A stretch of 64,000 bases of DNA from Chrysomallon squamiferum (taxonomy: Eukaryota > Animalia > Mollusca), in NCBI GenBank assembly GCA_012295275.1, contig CM022666.1, positions 682,001 to 746,000 on the forward strand, given 5' to 3'. Shown here one piece after another: positions 24,880 through 64,000 of this stretch; the first letter of the stretch is position 1; every line of letters begins with the position of its first letter. The notes under the pieces were generated by a model. It made no database searches. It was not told the DNA's origin and worked only from the letters and a program-made list of their open reading frames with translations. A program made the position numbers and the translations under genes.

Positions 24880-26539
24880 GCAAATTAAATGTTTCATTTA
24901 TTATAATGGTATTGTACAACAGTTCATCACGTTGTCCATGTACAAAATCACCTACAACGTAAAGATGTGGCAGAAACTTCAATGAAGCAGACAACAATTC
25001 ACAAAATGAAGTCTCTACTTCCAGTATCCCAGATCTATCAACAGTAACATCCTGTCTACCAATGAACAATTTTGTTATGATCTGGAAACTTCTGTAGACT
25101 TCACATTAAAGAAACAGGATGTAAATATTTGTCCTGTTTTGATAAACCATTAAAAATGATCTGTAAATTTTTGATTCAATTTATAAACCTTTAAAAAAAT
25201 ATCTATAAATGTTTGACTTTATAAACTTTTAAAAATTATCTATAAATGTACAATAATACTTCTACAATATTTTTTAAACATATTTTTTTTTTTTTACCTT
25301 TTTATTTCAACTGGAATATCTGACAACGTTATTCTTGCATTTAACATTTATTTTATTACATTTTTCAATGTATAATACTTAAATTTATTCTGAAATGTAA
25401 TATTTTTTTTATTATTTTGAAGTCTACCATTCTTTTGGACAGCATTATTTACATATATTAACATATATATTTATATTATTCACCACATATTTATTTATTT
25501 ACTTATTTACATATGAAATGTTCATTTGCTCATAATATTCTGTTATGCAATCTCTGTTTATCTTATTCTCATGAGTAATTTATTTGACTGTTATTTTTAT
25601 TCTCAATGGCATTCAGCATATACTAGTATTAGTTTTTAGTAATATATGTAAAATGGCTGCCTTTGTTATACTATATTCTCAACAACTGATTTTGGTTATT
25701 CATTTTCTAATGCATTTTTATGAACATGTGTGTATATATATTTGATATACAACTAAAATTCAGTAATTAAATTAATGATTACTTCTTGTAACGAAATGAA
25801 TAAGTGATTTTTAAAATAAATTAAAATTTTAATTAAATAAATGGAGGGTGTCAAAAGGATTTATATCAAATTCTGTTAAACAGACTCATTCTGTTTCTTC
25901 ATTGTTTCAAAAACCTACAGACAGACACACAGCAAACAGTGTTAGTTTTATTTACATAATATTTATTCCTTATTATGAATATGTAATGTACATTAAATTA
26001 CATTATTAGAAATTGACCAATCATAATTCTTCTCACAGTAATTAACTAATCACAATGACCAATTAAACTGCTTGTAACAGATGTCTATGACAGCGTTACA
26101 TCAGTGAAATGTAGATGATGATTTAACCTCTACAAATGTAACACACCAATCAAACAGCGTCTTATAAAATCAGCCAATGGTGAATGGTAATGTTTTTGCA
26201 CAAAGGTAATGACCAATCAAAATGCTTGTAACAAAACTTTTATGATGCTGTTCAAGATTAACAGTGAATGGTAATGGCAATATAAAGAATTTAAGGAGAT
26301 TGTTTCATATTGCTACAAACAGAAAAATTGTGTCCCATTGCTCTATGAACATAATAAAATATTTGCATAAATTTACATTCTGTTACAAAGCACCATTAAT
26401 AAAGCAACATTGTGTTGTTTGTCTAAAAACCTCATCAGAAATGTTATTAATCCGTCTGATGAGAAATAAATACAGTCAAAACAAAATCTTTAGAAAATAA
26501 TGCATACATATATATATATAACACTTGACATTTGATTCA

Positions 26540-26575
<36 letters not shown>

Positions 26576-26878
26576 TGTTAAATTTAAAAAACCCAGCAAC
26601 AAACAAAATAGACTGCTATATAAATTAAAGAATCAAAAAATAAAATAAAATAAATAAATAAACAACTACATAATAATAAATTTAAACAAAATGCAAAAAT
26701 TAATCCTTTGGTTTGTTTTTCATATCTATACCATTGCCCATTCCAGCCAGTACTCCTTAACTGGCAGTGGTATGAGTAGTCCAGATTATGAGAAGGTAAA
26801 TATAAAAATATCCTTTCTGCTAATCAATAAAAATTCCATCAGTGATTTTTTAATTTTTTTATATACACCATTAAACAC

Positions 26879-26915
<37 letters not shown>

Positions 26916-27932
26916 GATCAAGCATCATGAATCTTTCACATCATTTTAAACTGTAAAAATAAAAATTTTGATAAAAAGATCACAGCTCTAAATTATATAG
27001 CAATGTTCCTTCACCCTTCCGAATGAAAAGTAAAGAAAAGAACTCAAAAAATGAAAAAAAAGGAAAACAGTTGAAGATAAAAAAAAAAAAAAGGATATAG
27101 CTGAAGAAAAAATATATATTTTTATGTTTCCAGGGAATAAATAATATATAAATATCATTTTCTAAAACAGAAATTCTTTGAATTTTTGCCAGTGTAAGAT
27201 TTTGTACAAGTCTGATTGTACCAGCTTGATTATTCATACAGTGAACCCACTACACAGACACATTTAGTGTTCAATCTGGCCACCCTGCTCAGTATTTTGT
27301 ACAACCTGAACTCAATGTACATCTGCTATTTTGAGTCAATGTATTTATACAGCATCTGCTCATAGCACCAGAACCTATCACAAAGCAAGATATTATGTCC
27401 CAGGCAGGCACTGCTGAACCTTCGCACAAACAAGCATCTTTACAAATATTTCTAGCATCAGTGCTGGACTGTTAGGCTAAAACTACCAAAGATTTATTAC
27501 TTTTATCATGTTATCTGGTATATTATTATTATTAAAAAAAAAAAAAATCCATTTCTATCTTAAAATTAATTTGTTTAAAAACAAAACAAAAACAAACACA
27601 AAACTGCAGACAGAAAATTAATAATCACTAAGCAAAATGGAAAACAAACAGAAAACAAAAAAACAAAACAAAAAAAACAAATCAGTCAAAAAGGGAATGA
27701 ATCCTTTAAGATATTTCTTCTCCATGGTAGTTCTCTCCCCTTAAAAAGAATAAAATAGACTCGTCTGTTTATAAATCAGTCTTTAGTCTTTTCTTTTTTT
27801 TAACATTTTTCTGGAACTCTCTACTATGAGCATAACTAACACATCACATTTTTCCTTTTTCAGTCTGGTTTTGGTTTAAAACACACAGCACACTGGCTGT
27901 ATAAAATTTATGGCACTTTACTGTATTCTTCT
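24880..27932 (-). other. Probable ~3-kb 3'UTR of the FARP gene, with a candidate AATAAA near 24900
   Basis: Lies downstream of the FARP stop. Minus-strand AATAAA (tttatt at ~24897-24902) is followed by T/GT-rich sequence. Inference only. Confidence 0.35.
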
Positions 27933-61972
<34,040 letters not shown>

Positions 61973-62563
61973 CTGCAAGAGATGCAAAGTTCAGTCAGAC
62001 ACCAACAACAATGACAACAACATCAACATCAACAACAACAAAAGTAATAATAATGATTATGGTAATGATAAGTTTAAATAATGATGATGATGATGATTTA
62101 ATAAAGTATTCAAATTATTTAATTTACAAAGCCTGTTAAAAATATTTTAAATGAATGTTGTAAATTTACATATTTATAAAAGTATTAAAATTTTTAAAAA
62201 TAAATAATTCAGAACTGAATCTGATGTTTACTATGACCAACTATAACTCGTATACACATTTTTTTTTTTTTTCCTGCCCTCCATAATTTATTTTTGATTA
62301 CTATTGATTCACACAAAACACAGTTTAATGGATTTTACATATCTGTACATGTATGATTATTACAATATGTTAGTATGTGTGCATGCATGCATGCATACGT
62401 GCATGTGAGTGAGATGTGGTTTGGTGGGTTGCTCTGGTTTGATTTTAAAATTCAAATTGACAATGTAAGACAGCTGTATCCAAAATCTAAAATACTTATT
62501 GCTAACTAAAATATATATATATATTTTTTTTAATTTTAAGAAAACAAAATAAATAAATAAATT

Positions 62564-62596
<33 letters not shown>

Positions 62597-64000
62597 AATA
62601 TAATTCTTTTATTTTCAATGTCAGCACTTTAGCTTTATTTAAAGAACACAAACAACATGCTAATTCAGTATGTTTTACTGAATAAGATATCATTCAGTTT
62701 ATTCCATGACATATTTGTCACTTGCACATTCAGCTATTGCTTTTAATGCATTCTTCTGTCATAAAATTAATGGCCACAACATGTGGCTGTCTCAATTCAT
62801 TCTGTTCAAAATAAAAAGAAGAAAAAAAAATGAAAAAAAAAAAAAAAAACCAGCAGGAAGTAACAGGAGGAAAATTAGAATATTTATTTGACTACAAATG
62901 TTGTTGGAAAAGATTTAGACATATCAGTGAACCATGACATATAAGAAAGATTTGTATTTATTACTCAGGCTAAATGTTAAACCAGTGTTTCTCAACATCC
63001 CATTTGTTATGTGTACAGTTTTCAAATCATTTTTTTTATATTCATCTTTTTTTCAACATTCCACTTAACATTCATCACTTCTGCCTCTATGTCATGACCC
63101 AGAGGAATCACACCTATGTGTCAAATCCAGGGGAAATCAAGTCTCTATGCCATGAAAATTATTTATCAAAACCTACAACAGTATGCATTTTACACTGAGT
63201 CCAAGAGAATCATGTCCAAAGTAAATGCGAATCCAAGGTAATTATACCTCTGTGCCATGCCTTGTGGTATTATACAGGCATATGTAAGCTATGATGAATA
63301 GGAACTGCTTCATGCTGTATCCAAGGAAATGTATGCCATGACCAATAACATATTAAAACAAAGATAGCCATTTTATTTCAAGACACAGAGAATGATTCAT
63401 GTTTGTCACACTGAAGTGAATTATGCCTGGGTGCTGTGTTCAAGCAAATAATCCTACAGAGCCCCACCCTCATAGCTTCTGCAGGTGACATTCCTAAGCT
63501 AAGATTTGAACTTCAAACATGCCGGTTTGAGAACCACTGTGCAACAAGATACAACATGCAAAACTTACTTCCTGCATCCAAATGAAAGCAAAATGACAAA
63601 GAAAACTTTTTCCATTGTTCTTTGTTATCTCAATTTTTGCTAATTTTATTTATAAGATAAAACTGGTTTTAAAAAAATCTTTGACTGTTATAAAAGAGCA
63701 ATGGAAACTTTAAAATGTATTATTTTAATTTTTACAATTAAAAATAATCATCAAAGATATTTGTACCATCTAATGTTATACTGTTTTAACTGATTGATCT
63801 CGATGTTGCCATTATATCCCATTCTAGACTGTGCTCCCATAACTCATTAATGAAAAGACGTATGACTCTACATATACCTTTCTGAAGTCAGGAGAGAGCA
63901 TATCGTGGATTGATAAATTAGTTAAGGAGCACTGGGTTGGAACTGGCAATTGCCTAATTGAAAAGTGTTACTAAGATTAAGATGAACATTGTTTTAAGAA

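Noticed and set aside
24827-25069. 80-aa minus-strand ORF as an extra FARP exon or separate gene
   Set aside because: FARP already terminates at 27933; there is no recognisable domain; it fits better as 3'UTR next to a poly(A) signal.
63480-63550. tRNA-like sequence (B-box-like gttcaaatc on the minus strand)
   Set aside because: I could not fold a cloverleaf; at most a decayed SINE head.

Overview
AT-rich, microsatellite-rich eukaryotic genomic DNA with GT-AG spliced genes, most likely from a mollusc (inferred: the dispersed SINE-like repeat resembles a gastropod element as I recall it). I rebuilt six genes by hand from splice sites and reading phase. (1) The last two exons of RHBDD1/RHBDL4 (+). 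(2) A THAP zinc-finger gene (-) that looks like a truncated, possibly Kolobok-type transposase. (3) A 5-exon, 251-aa orphan type-I membrane protein (+). (4) An EPSTI1 homologue with a C-terminal CUE-like domain (-); one exon is garbled by a 29-bp minisatellite and one intron holds an antisense FLYWCH ORF. (5) TMEM254 (+), head-to-head with EPSTI1. (6) The 3' 18 coding exons of a FARP1/2 (Cdep) RhoGEF (-), whose first visible exon can read through into a ~2.7-kb low-complexity extension broken by three successive +1 frame changes. Recurrent patterns are tandem repeats seeded at 5' splice sites, a motif shared by both divergent promoters, and RFX X-box-like sites in the long FARP intron. Homology calls come from motif recognition, not database searches. 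Most short ORFs in the track are microsatellite artefacts.
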